A stretch of 64,000 nt of DNA. Source: Nibricoccus sp. (GTDB lineage: Bacteria; Verrucomicrobiota; Verrucomicrobiia; Opitutales; Opitutaceae). Positions 29,399-38,323 of the stretch are shown here, in pieces. The DNA lies in the NCBI GenBank assembly GCA_047602425.1, contig JASGHG010000001.1, positions 2,080,001 to 2,144,000 on the forward strand, read 5' to 3'. Numbering within the stretch: the stretch's first letter is position 1; the number at the start of each line of letters is the position of its first letter. Position numbers and translations under genes: made by a program. Below the pieces are notes generated by a model, which saw only the letters and a program-made list of their open reading frames with translations, was not told the origin of the DNA and made no database searches.

Positions 29399-29863
29399 AT
29401 GGCAAATATTCCCGGTCTCCGCAGTCCCTACGTCAAAGTTGGCCGCTTGGTCTATTTCGGCCGCATGATCGACAAGATCCGTCTTCACGCCGCGGGTAAA
29501 CTTCCCGCCGACTACGTCGAGAATTTTGGCGACGCCCAATCCACCGTCTTCGACGCGCGCTGCTGCCGTTTCCTTGGCATTTCCCATGCCGCGCTGATCG
29601 ATCAGGTTGCCACCGGTAAAAACGAGGAGACTCTCCTCGCTTGGTGCCATGAAACCGGTGGCGCCCGCACTGACGAACAATGCGACATCTGGAACAACTT
29701 CATGATGAAGCGCGGCTGGCGCGACGAGGCGATCGAGCGTCTGCAAACGCGCCTCCGTGAAGCCGGCCTGCAAAATCGCTCTGACCTTCTGACGATGTTC
29801 GACTTTATCGACGCCGATGAAGGACGCGATCCGGCGGTCACGCGTTCGCTCGTGGCAAAATAG
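29399..29863 (+). CDS. DUF5069-type protein
   Basis: LRSPYVKVGRLVYFGRMIDKIRLHAAGKLPADY, FDARCCRFLGI, FDFIDADEGR. Confidence 0.8.
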   Translation: MANIPGLRSPYVKVGRLVYFGRMIDKIRLHAAGKLPADYVENFGDAQSTVFDARCCRFLGISHAALIDQVATGKNEETLLAWCHETGGARTDEQCDIWNNFMMKRGWRDEAIERLQTRLREAGLQNRSDLLTMFDFIDADEGRDPAVTRSLVAK

Positions 29864-29931
29864 CCGGCACGCCCTCCGCGCGGGCAAAAAGCTCTGGCCC
29901 GCGCGCGCTCCGCCTCGTAACGTGGCCGGTC

Positions 29932-32349
29932 ATGAAACCCGCCACCGTCAAACGCCTGCGTCTTCTCGCCCTAGCCATCGGCGTTGTCCTGTTCGTCGCC
30001 CTCGCCGCCGGCGCCTGGTTTTACACCCGACTTCGCTCCAGTTTGCCCCAGCTCGACGGTTCGGCCAAGCTCGCCGGTCTCGGCGCCAGCGTGACGGTGG
30101 AGCGTGACGCGCTCGGCGTTCCCACCATCCACGGCGACAATCGCAACGACGTCGCCCGCGCCCTTGGCTTCCTCCATGCGCAAGACCGTTTCTTCCAGAT
30201 GGATTGCACGCGACGCCATGCCGCGGGAGAGCTCGCCGAGATTTTTGGCAAAGCCGCCCTGCCGCACGATCGCCAAGTGCGTATCCACGATTTCCGTACA
30301 CTTGCCCGCACCGTTCTCACCCGACTGCCCGCCGACCAGCAGGCTCTTCTCCAGGCCTACACCGCGGGCGTGAATGCCGGGCTCGCCGCGCTCGGCGAAA
30401 AACCGTTCGAATATATTCTGCTCCGCGAGACGCCGCGGCCCTGGTCGCCCGAAGACAGCATTCTCATGATCTACGCCATGGCGCTCGATTTGCAGGATGA
30501 GGACGCGGTTTACGAACGCTCGCTTTCCGCGCTCAACGACACGCTGACGCGAAATGCCGTCGACTACTTCGCCCCGCTGATCGGACCCATCGACGCCGCG
30601 TTGGACGGCTCCACGGCGCCCCTCGCGCCCATGCCCACCGAACGCATGATCGACGTCCGCCGCCGCGTCTATGAGTACGAAACCGATAAAAAGAAACAAG
30701 CCAGCCGAACCAACACCGAGAGTCCCGACGTGCTCCCCGGCTCCAACGCCATAGCCCTGGCAGGCATGCGCACCGCCAGTGGCGCCGGTCTCGTCGCGAA
30801 CGACATGCACCTCGCCCTCCGTGTGCCCAACATCTGGTACCGTGTCTCGCTGGTGTTTCCCGCGTCGTCCCAAAATGGCGGCCAAAAAACCGTCACCGGC
30901 GTGACGCTGCCCGGCTCCCCCGTCATCGTTGCCGGCAGCAATGGCTCCATCGCCTGGGGTTTCACCAATTCCTACGCCGACACCGTCGATCTCGTCGTCG
31001 TTAACAGCACCTCCGTCGGCCCCAACACGTATGCAGTGGTCGGCGACGTCGCCCAGTACGAACGACGCACCGCCACCCTCCAAGTCCGCGGCGAAAAACC
31101 CGAAACCATCGACTATCTCTGGACCATCTGGGGCCCGATCGTTGGCAAAAATTCCGACAAACGCGACCTCGCCCTCAAGTGGACTCTGCACGACCCCGAC
31201 GTGGTCAACTTCAATATCCTCGCCCTCGAAGACGCGCGCGATGTGCAGTCGGCCATCGACATCGCCCACCGAACCGGCATCCCCCCGCAAAATCTTTTCG
31301 TCGCAGACTCAAGCGGCGCGATCGGCTGGACAATCTGCGGGCGCCTTCCCCAACGCCAGGGCTTCGACGGACGCCTGCACACTTCGTGGAATTTTGGCGA
31401 CCGTAAATGGATCGGCCTGTTGCCACCCGAAAGCGTCCCGGCCCTGATCGCCCCCGCCGATGGCCAGCTCTGGTCCGGCAACCAGCGCAAGGTCAGCGGC
31501 GAAAAACTCAACCTCATCGGCGACGGCGGCTACGAATACCCCATGCGCGCCGCCCGCATCCACGAACTTCTCGGTCCGCTGGGCAAAGCCACCCCGCGTG
31601 ACCTGCTCGCCATCCAGCTCGACGTGCGAGCCCCGCACCTCGGCCACTGGCAGCAGCTTCTCCTGCAGCTTCTCAAACCAGAAGCCACCGCCACGAAGGC
31701 CGACCGCGCCAAGCTCCGCGCCGCCGTCGAAAGCTGGGACGGCCTCGCCTCGGCCGATTCCGTTGGCTACCGCCTCGTCGCCGCCTTCCGCCAAAACGTC
31801 GTCAAACGCGTGCTGCCTGTCGTCTTCGAGCCCTGCTACGATGCGTATCCCGATTTCAACTACCGCCATTTCAACTACGAGCCCGCGCTCCGCGAGATGA
31901 TCGAGAAACGTCCGCCCCACCTCCTCGGCCAGCAGTATCTCGGCTGGGACGAACTCCTGCTCGCCGCCGTCGACGACACGATCGTCGAGGTGAAAAAAGA
32001 GCACGGCTCCATCGCCCGCGCCGCCTGGGGCGATCACAATGCCGCCCAAATCCGGCACCCGCTGGCACGCCTCTTCCCCGGCGTTATTGGCCACTGGCTG
32101 ACCATGCCCGCCGATCCACTTCCCGGAGGCAAGGACATGCCACGCGTCCAGTCGCCCGACAACGGGGCCTCGGAGCGTTTCGCCGTTTCGCCCGGCCACG
32201 AAGCCGAAGGCATTTTCCACATGCCCGGCGGCCAGAGCGGCCATCCGCTATCGCCGTATTTTCGCGCCGGCCACGACGCCTGGGTAAAAGGCGAACCCAC
32301 GCCCTTCCTCCCCGGCCCGCCCACGCACACGCTGACGCTCGCGCCCTGA
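29932..32349 (+). CDS. Penicillin acylase family Ntn-hydrolase
   Basis: ERDALGVPTI, GFLHAQDRFFQMD, autocleavage site GSNAIAL, ANDMHL, AWGFTN, PGGQSGHPLSPY. Confidence 0.93.
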   Translation: MKPATVKRLRLLALAIGVVLFVALAAGAWFYTRLRSSLPQLDGSAKLAGLGASVTVERDALGVPTIHGDNRNDVARALGFLHAQDRFFQMDCTRRHAAGELAEIFGKAALPHDRQVRIHDFRTLARTVLTRLPADQQALLQAYTAGVNAGLAALGEKPFEYILLRETPRPWSPEDSILMIYAMALDLQDEDAVYERSLSALNDTLTRNAVDYFAPLIGPIDAALDGSTAPLAPMPTERMIDVRRRVYEYETDKKKQASRTNTESPDVLPGSNAIALAGMRTASGAGLVANDMHLALRVPNIWYRVSLVFPASSQNGGQKTVTGVTLPGSPVIVAGSNGSIAWGFTNSYADTVDLVVVNSTSVGPNTYAVVGDVAQYERRTATLQVRGEKPETIDYLWTIWGPIVGKNSDKRDLALKWTLHDPDVVNFNILALEDARDVQSAIDIAHRTGIPPQNLFVADSSGAIGWTICGRLPQRQGFDGRLHTSWNFGDRKWIGLLPPESVPALIAPADGQLWSGNQRKVSGEKLNLIGDGGYEYPMRAARIHELLGPLGKATPRDLLAIQLDVRAPHLGHWQQLLLQLLKPEATATKADRAKLRAAVESWDGLASADSVGYRLVAAFRQNVVKRVLPVVFEPCYDAYPDFNYRHFNYEPALREMIEKRPPHLLGQQYLGWDELLLAAVDDTIVEVKKEHGSIARAAWGDHNAAQIRHPLARLFPGVIGHWLTMPADPLPGGKDMPRVQSPDNGASERFAVSPGHEAEGIFHMPGGQSGHPLSPYFRAGHDAWVKGEPTPFLPGPPTHTLTLAP

Positions 32350-32378
32350 GCGCTCGGGCGAGCGATCACCCGCGAATG

Positions 32379-32476
32379 ATCGAAGGTAGGGACGGACCGC
32401 CGGGCCGTCTGGCTGAGCGTGAGCCATTCTTGAGCAACGTCGACGGACGACCCCGCGGGTCATCCCTACCTTCGAT
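32379..32476. repeat. GTAG-type REP doublet (inverted pair)
   Basis: ATCGAAGGTAGGGACGGACCGCCGGGCCGTC ... GGACGACCCCGCGGGTCATCCCTACCTTCGAT. Confidence 0.8.
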
Positions 32477-32824
32477 CCATTCTCAAATCTCCAAATGCAA
32501 CTTGGCACTACACGCCCTCCCACAACCCGCTTGTCTTCTCCAACCCAACCCCTAGAACCTACGCCACTCCCGTGGAGGTCCGCATTGAAACCCTACCCCC
32601 ACATTTTCGCACTCCTCGCTATATCCAACCGCAAGTCCCGGTGCCGCCTTTGCCGGCTTCCCCTGCCGTCTGAAAAAGCTGCACCCAACCCATTCCTCCC
32701 GCCCAAAGTCTAGATTCCCACTCGCTTATTTTCACCCGATGCCATTTCTCACATCCAAATTTCAACCGGCAAAAGCTGCACTCAGTGCAGCCGAATGATA
32801 CTGTTGGGCAAATAAGGCATCCCC

Positions 32825-33496
32825 TTGGAAGACGCTAAAGCACGCATCGTCGAGTACGTTCGCAGGCGCTTCTGTGAATTCGAGTCAGATGGTTTTTCCA
32901 TCTTCTCTCGTCTCCCGAGCGGGAATACTGCGCGGTATGTGCGTGGCTTTATGGCGCTTTCAGATGCTCGGAAAGATTTGGTCCGCGACGCCATTGCCAT
33001 GCGGGCAGCTCAATGGTGGGGATATCCGTATGACTTTCGTTCGTCTGAGCCATGCGTGAAGGCCTTTGACGAGTTTACACGCATGACCCCATACCCATGG
33101 GATGTCGTACGTCATGGAGAGAAGCGTGCGCCAGTGGCGCAAATCCGAAAAGCGGCGAAGCTAATGTTCGGACAGTTGTTTGGCTGTGCTCCAGTCAAAA
33201 GCATCGAGCCGGGTGACTGGTTCTATAGTGGAGTCGTTATGGCAGCGCCGGTGGTTGTTCAAATACGTTATTCCACTAGAATGGCGCCATTATTGTATGG
33301 CATGCGTATCAATGAGGTTGGGGATTACTACAGTTTCTCATTGGAGAATCTGTTCGGAATGGGATTGGGTGATTGGGATAATATTATGCTCGGCGGAGAA
33401 GACCAAGCTTGCGCGCTTTTGCGAGACACTATTCTCGCCGGTGTGGCCGAGTGCCTTGAGATTTCCCGAATTGCTGAAAGAATAAAGAATGCCTAA
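32825..33496 (+). CDS. Hypothetical protein, probable integron gene cassette
   Basis: 223 aa, TTG start, AT-richer codons than flanks, stop TAA lies inside GCCTAAC. Confidence 0.7.
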   Translation: MEDAKARIVEYVRRRFCEFESDGFSIFSRLPSGNTARYVRGFMALSDARKDLVRDAIAMRAAQWWGYPYDFRSSEPCVKAFDEFTRMTPYPWDVVRHGEKRAPVAQIRKAAKLMFGQLFGCAPVKSIEPGDWFYSGVVMAAPVVVQIRYSTRMAPLLYGMRINEVGDYYSFSLENLFGMGLGDWDNIMLGGEDQACALLRDTILAGVAECLEISRIAERIKNA

Positions 33497-33579
33497 CAAG
33501 ACACTACTGCCAATGCCGGGAAAGTCTCCTTCCTCCAAGCAGTGTCCGTGTCCGGTAGGGCAGACCTCTGACGTTGCAT
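33491..33579 (+). mobile_element. Integron attC-like recombination site
   Basis: R'' GCCTAAC at 33491, internal inverted repeat CTGCC..TGCCGG / CCGGTA..GGCAG, R' GTT at 33573, next ATG at 33583. Confidence 0.75.
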
Positions 33580-33582
33580 ACC

Positions 33583-34134
33583 ATGAAACGCATACTTATT
33601 GCTCTAATACTCGCGGCCGTACCAATTATTGGTTCGGCGCAAGAATTGGCGCCCATTGTTAAGCGCGAAGCGGATAGTTGCGCGATCGCTTTGCTTAAAA
33701 GCGACTACGAAGGTGTCGCACGCTACACGCACGAACGATTGATTAAAGTCATGGGCGGAAAAGATCAGATGATTGCCGAAATAAAGCGCGGTATTTCTCA
33801 GATGCATACAGCGGGATTCGATTTTATTGAGACGAAAACCGGAACACCTGCAGAACCAAAGCGTGTTGGGAGCTGGCTCACCTCTCTAGTGCCTACGACT
33901 GTCGTTATGAAAGTTCCGGATGGACGACGGATGAGTAAAGATTCCTTTCTCCTAGGTATCTCAGAAGACAACGGAAAAACTTGGGTTTTCGTGGATCTCA
34001 GCAATATCACGAACGAGCAGTATGCAGAACTATTTCCGGAGTTAGTCAGAGAGATTCCGCTACCGGCAAAAAAGAAAGCAGTGTTTGTGAATGAAAAAGA
34101 GCCTAACCAGGCATCCCCTCTAGGTAAAATCTAG
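33583..34134 (+). CDS. Exported hypothetical protein, probable integron gene cassette
   Basis: Signal peptide MKRILIALILAAVPIIGSAQ; AT-rich; second GCCTAAC at 34101 near the 3' end. Confidence 0.8.
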   Translation: MKRILIALILAAVPIIGSAQELAPIVKREADSCAIALLKSDYEGVARYTHERLIKVMGGKDQMIAEIKRGISQMHTAGFDFIETKTGTPAEPKRVGSWLTSLVPTTVVMKVPDGRRMSKDSFLLGISEDNGKTWVFVDLSNITNEQYAELFPELVREIPLPAKKKAVFVNEKEPNQASPLGKI

Positions 34135-34248
34135 AGATTATCTTGAATTTATAGACATCGCATGACGAGCAGTTGCCGTGGGGAGTCGCGAATGATACTT
34201 CGGAGTCGTTGCCTCCCGCTCATCGAGGCCGGCGGTCGGTCCCGTCAC

Positions 34249-35103
34249 TCAATCGGCCTGCCGGCACTCGTGCTTTTTGGGACGCTGTTCGTTGAAACAG
34301 TCGGAGCAAATGCCGTGGGTGAATTTGATGCGGCTGTGCACGGAAAGATAATCTTCGACCTTCTGCCAGTAGCCGTCGTCGTCGCGCACTTTTTTGCACC
34401 AGGCGCAGATCGGCAGCAGCCCGGTCAGCGTGTGCACTTCGGCCAGCGCGTTCGATAACTCCAGGTTGCGCAGTTCCAGGTTGGCGGTCAGCAGGCTCAC
34501 GAAGAGCGCGACCATGAAAAAGCTGACTTCGTAGTCGCTCACCACTTGCAACCATTCCGCGGCCTGGTCCCAGCCTTGCACGGCGCAAACCGAGGCGAAC
34601 ACCACCCGGAAACAATGAAACAATCCATGGCAGAGAAACGCCCGGCAGGGCGAAAACATGGACGAATAAAAAACCTTGGAGCCCTGCCGGAGGCTATAAC
34701 CGGAGGCCAGAGAGAACGCCGCCCAGACAATCCCGTTGAAAACCATGCGCCACTGACTGTGTCCGTCGTTGTTTAAAAAATACACCAGCCCGCCGGCATG
34801 CACCGCGATGCTCGCGGTCACCGTCCACCAACGCGTGGTGAGGCCGGCCGTCTGCCGTGCGCCCAACAACAATCCGGCATGGCCAATCGTCACCAGCAGC
34901 GTCGGCACAATGCGTCCGGCCCAGTAAGGCAGTTCCGGCCGGACCGCAAAAAAAACATCCGCCACCGCCAAAACCCAGGCCGAGACCATCCAATAAAACA
35001 TCGCCGTGCCCCGCCCCTGCCTCACCCAGTAGTGCGTGATCATCGATGCCAGGATGCAAACGATGACGATGTTTGTGAGGTAGATGACGGTTGCTTGTTC
35101 CAT
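34249..35103 (-). CDS. Seven-TM membrane protein with C-terminal Cys/His motif domain
   Basis: About 7 hydrophobic segments, short coiled coil, LLPICAWCKKVRDDDGYWQKVEDYL...FTHGICSDC. Confidence 0.85.
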   Translation of the reverse strand: MEQATVIYLTNIVIVCILASMITHYWVRQGRGTAMFYWMVSAWVLAVADVFFAVRPELPYWAGRIVPTLLVTIGHAGLLLGARQTAGLTTRWWTVTASIAVHAGGLVYFLNNDGHSQWRMVFNGIVWAAFSLASGYSLRQGSKVFYSSMFSPCRAFLCHGLFHCFRVVFASVCAVQGWDQAAEWLQVVSDYEVSFFMVALFVSLLTANLELRNLELSNALAEVHTLTGLLPICAWCKKVRDDDGYWQKVEDYLSVHSRIKFTHGICSDCFNEQRPKKHECRQAD

Positions 35104-35283
35104 GCTGGCGGGCGTGACATTCCCTAAAATCGCCGTTCGCGCAAAGCGATTTCTCAGAAGTCAGCCATTTTTACAGAAACACTGTTTGCGCTTCGTTGGC
35201 GGCAAACGCACCGACGAAGGAATTTACCGTTGAGATCGGCGCCGTTTAAAACCTAGCTCAAGCACACTCAAACCACCTCCGGC

Positions 35284-35982
35284 ATGAAGAAAAAAAACAA
35301 GAGCCTCACCGTCTATTTCGCGAGCGAGCTCTTCAGTTTAAAGCATCTCATTGGCAACGCCTACCTGGCCGAGGCCATTTATGAGAAATCCCATGGCCGT
35401 TACCTCTGCGTGCTTCCGCAAAATCTCGAACAGCGCGGCAACACCGCGAAGTCCATCCGCGACCAGGACATTTTCACCCTGCTGGAGTGCGACCTCGGGC
35501 TCTTCAACTACGACGGCACCGAACTCGATTCCGGCACCGTCGTGGAATTCATGCTCGCGAAGTTTGCCGACATTCCGTCGGTGATTTTGCGCAGCGATTT
35601 TCGCCACGGCGGCGACCAGCGCGGCGATCCGTGGAACCTCATGACGAGTTTTTATCCGCGCACTGCCAACGTCCTCGTCGACAGTCTCGGCCTCTACAAA
35701 ACCATGATGAAAAATCGTCGCCCCAAGCCGGGCGACGAAATCGTCCGCCTGGCCGGCCAGCATAGCTCCGCCGACGCCCAGCGCATGTGCGAACGCATCG
35801 CCGAGGCGTGCGTGCGCTCGCTCGACCGGGTGGCTGCACTCGATCCGGTGATGCCGCGGCATTTGCAGGAGGAGGTTTACAACTGGCTCGCCCTCATGCC
35901 CGCTTTCCGTGGCAAGGAAAAGGCCTTGCGCAAGCGGCTCGAAGCCATCCTCGAACACAAGGCCCGGCGGGGCCTGCTCTGA
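35284..35982 (+). CDS. Nucleoside 2-deoxyribosyltransferase-like protein
   Basis: VYFASELFS, LPQ, IRDQD, DGTELDSGTVVEF, LRSDFR, NLM. Confidence 0.75.
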   Translation: MKKKNKSLTVYFASELFSLKHLIGNAYLAEAIYEKSHGRYLCVLPQNLEQRGNTAKSIRDQDIFTLLECDLGLFNYDGTELDSGTVVEFMLAKFADIPSVILRSDFRHGGDQRGDPWNLMTSFYPRTANVLVDSLGLYKTMMKNRRPKPGDEIVRLAGQHSSADAQRMCERIAEACVRSLDRVAALDPVMPRHLQEEVYNWLALMPAFRGKEKALRKRLEAILEHKARRGLL

Positions 35983-36007
35983 GTTTTCCACGAATTCAGA
36001 AGTGATT

Positions 36008-36155
36008 GAACCGCCAATTATCGCTAATTTTCGCTAATATATAAGGCAGGGCTCATCGAACCCTTAAACCCTCCTCCATCAGTGCCAATCAGTGTCCATA
36101 AGTGGTTAAAAAACTCCTCCGAAAATTAGCGTCCATTAGCGCAAATTAGCGGTTC
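36008..36155. repeat. Palindromic element with 10-nt-period CGCTAAT arms
   Basis: GAACCGCCAATTATCGCTAATTTTCGCTAAT (36008-36038) is inverted to ATTAGCGTCCATTAGCGCAAATTAGCGGTTC (36125-36155). Confidence 0.8.
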
Positions 36156-36189
36156 CACCCGGTCTTTCCCTTTCAACCCGCCCCCTGCC

Positions 36190-36807
36190 ATGCCGCTGCA
36201 CTTGCTTGATCATCCGCTCGCCGCCCATGTGCTCACCCGCCTGCGCGACAAAACCACGCCGCCCGCCCAATTCCGCATTCTCTGCCATCAAATCGCGCTC
36301 CTGCTCACCCTGGAGGCCACCCGCGATCTCGCGACACGGCCGGCAACGGTTGAAACGCCGCTCGAATCCTTCAATGGCCGCGCGCTCGATCGGCCGCTCG
36401 TCGTCGTTCCGATCCTTCGTGCCGGTCTCGGCATGGTTCAGCCCATCGTCGATCTTTTTCCCGACGTCAGCGTCGGATACATCGGTCTCGAACGCGATCA
36501 TGACACCGCGCTGGCCCGGAGTTATTACTGCAAACTCCCTCCGTTAAAAAATACTCGCGTGCTCCTCGTCGATCCCATGCTCGCCACTGGCGGCTCGGCC
36601 GTGAAGGCCCTCGAAGTCATTTTCAGCCGCGGCGCCACCGAAGTCGATTTGCTCAACATCGTCGCCGCACCCGAAGGCGTCGCCGTCGTGGAAAAAGCCT
36701 TCCCCGCCATCCGCATTTTCTCCGGCGCGCTCGACCGCGAGCTCAACGCCCGGAAATATATCGTCCCCGGTCTCGGCGACTTCGGCGACCGGCTCTACGG
36801 CACGTAA
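36190..36807 (+). CDS. upp: Uracil phosphoribosyltransferase
   Basis: LRDKTT, VPILRAGLGM, DPMLATGGSA, YIVPGLGDFGDRLYGT. Confidence 0.97.
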   Translation: MPLHLLDHPLAAHVLTRLRDKTTPPAQFRILCHQIALLLTLEATRDLATRPATVETPLESFNGRALDRPLVVVPILRAGLGMVQPIVDLFPDVSVGYIGLERDHDTALARSYYCKLPPLKNTRVLLVDPMLATGGSAVKALEVIFSRGATEVDLLNIVAAPEGVAVVEKAFPAIRIFSGALDRELNARKYIVPGLGDFGDRLYGT

Positions 36808-36838
36808 TACCATTTACTATAGGGTCTGGCATCAAAAA

Positions 36839-36892
36839 GGCAGGGGCAATGCTTCGTCATTGCCCGAGGACATGCGGAGCATTGTCCCTACC
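36839..36892. repeat. GTAG-type REP doublet, second sequence type
   Basis: GGCAGGGGCAATGCTTCGTCATTGCCC plus reverse complement of GGTAGGGACAATGCTCCGCATGTCC, between convergent genes. Confidence 0.7.
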
Positions 36893-36960
36893 GGCGCTGC
36901 CGCGCCAAAGTGTCAAATCAAGAGGTAAAAGGGTATAAATCCGCGTCTCTACCGGCGCAC

Positions 36961-36990
36961 AAAAAAACCCCGGGCGAAAACCCGGGGTTT
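36961..36990 (-). terminator. Intrinsic terminator
   Basis: AAACCCCGGG-loop-CCCGGGGTTT with a T run on the minus strand. Confidence 0.8.
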
Positions 36991-37016
36991 GGAAAAGACG
37001 AACTATTGGCCAGACC

Positions 37017-38147
37017 TTATTTCCAGGTGAGCACAAAGCGCGAGTAGTACGTCGTGTCATGGTGACGACGGCCCGGTGCCGGCTTACCAGTGTAGTCGTT
37101 GACCAGACCAAGGCGCAGTTTCCACGAGGGATTCGCTAGAGGAAGCTGGACGAACGTTTCATGAATCGCGCGGTAGTCGCTGAAATCCTCAAAGGCAGGG
37201 ACGTAGCTGATGCGAGTGACAACGCTGAAGGTCTTCAACTCCAAGGCGTGGGCCAGGCCGAAATCGAGACCGGCCGAGTTAACGTTTTCCTTGGTGGCTA
37301 GACGGTTGAATTCTGAGGTGGCCGCGAGTATTTCAGCCGAGGTACGGGGTACTAGCATGTATTCATCGAACCGTTTTTTGAAATCTACCGGATCAGGGTT
37401 ATACGATTCAAAGCGATGGGCGACACCGACGCGGCCCGTGAACGTGTGTTTCGGGCGCTTGATGAAATCGTAACCAAGACCGGCCGCAGCGACATTCGAA
37501 AACTGGATCAACTTCACGCGGTCAAAGCCGGCCTCATCGCGCAGATACCAGGAATACTTGCCGGCAAAACTGTTCTGATAGTCGACGCCCGCTTTGAACT
37601 GGTCCGAGGAGATTTCCCCTTCGGTCACCTGGCGGTCGTAGACGCTGTAGAATTCCAATTTATCCTGCGGACCGGTCAGCACCGCGCGAAACGCGAAGCC
37701 GGTGCCGAGTTGCTCGCTGTTGCCGGTCTTACCCACGATATCCAAAGCCGCCTCGTAGGTCCAAGCGCGCTGGAGTGCGACCACTTCCGGATCTTTCAGG
37801 CCCGGAGCCCACGTCGCGACGATCTTGTCGACGTTGGTCTGAATCGAACCGTCCTGACCGGCAATGGTCACGGCACCGGCGCCGGTGCCGGACAACGTGC
37901 CTTGCAGCACGGTGCCACTGCTGAGACGAATATTGGACGCGGCCTCAGTCGAGATCAGAACGACTTCGCTCTGCTTGACTTTCAACGTGCCGGCAAAAGC
38001 GGTGTCGATGATGACGGTCGCGCCGTCAATCTGCGTGACCTTGCCCACGATGCGGGCTCCATCCTTGGTCTCAACGACATCAGCCGAGACAATGCTTCCC
38101 GCCAACGCGAGCAGCAACAGACTGGCAATAATCCTGGGTGTTTTCAT
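37017..38147 (-). CDS. DUF481-type outer-membrane beta-barrel protein
   Basis: Signal peptide, ADVVETKDGARIVGKV N-domain, GKTGNSEQ, AGLGYDF, terminal YYSRFVLTWK. Confidence 0.8.
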   Translation of the reverse strand: MKTPRIIASLLLLALAGSIVSADVVETKDGARIVGKVTQIDGATVIIDTAFAGTLKVKQSEVVLISTEAASNIRLSSGTVLQGTLSGTGAGAVTIAGQDGSIQTNVDKIVATWAPGLKDPEVVALQRAWTYEAALDIVGKTGNSEQLGTGFAFRAVLTGPQDKLEFYSVYDRQVTEGEISSDQFKAGVDYQNSFAGKYSWYLRDEAGFDRVKLIQFSNVAAAGLGYDFIKRPKHTFTGRVGVAHRFESYNPDPVDFKKRFDEYMLVPRTSAEILAATSEFNRLATKENVNSAGLDFGLAHALELKTFSVVTRISYVPAFEDFSDYRAIHETFVQLPLANPSWKLRLGLVNDYTGKPAPGRRHHDTTYYSRFVLTWK

Positions 38148-38323
38148 ATGTAGGAGTTCGAGTTACGATCAGAGAACCAATAGTCAACCCTTGGTTCCCA
38201 TATTTTTCTGCCAAACCGAACGACATACTACACCCGGGCTGCAAGCCGGCAATCGTTTAAATTGCGCTCGCGAACCTCATGCTCGACAAAACGGCCCGGC
38301 ACTTCTTCGCTCGTGGTAAACAA

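Noticed and set aside
32480..32800. Small ORF or attI site in the C-rich spacer before the cassettes
   Set aside because: The 72-aa ORF is low-complexity, attI cannot be identified without its integrase, and no tyrosine recombinase fragment was seen.
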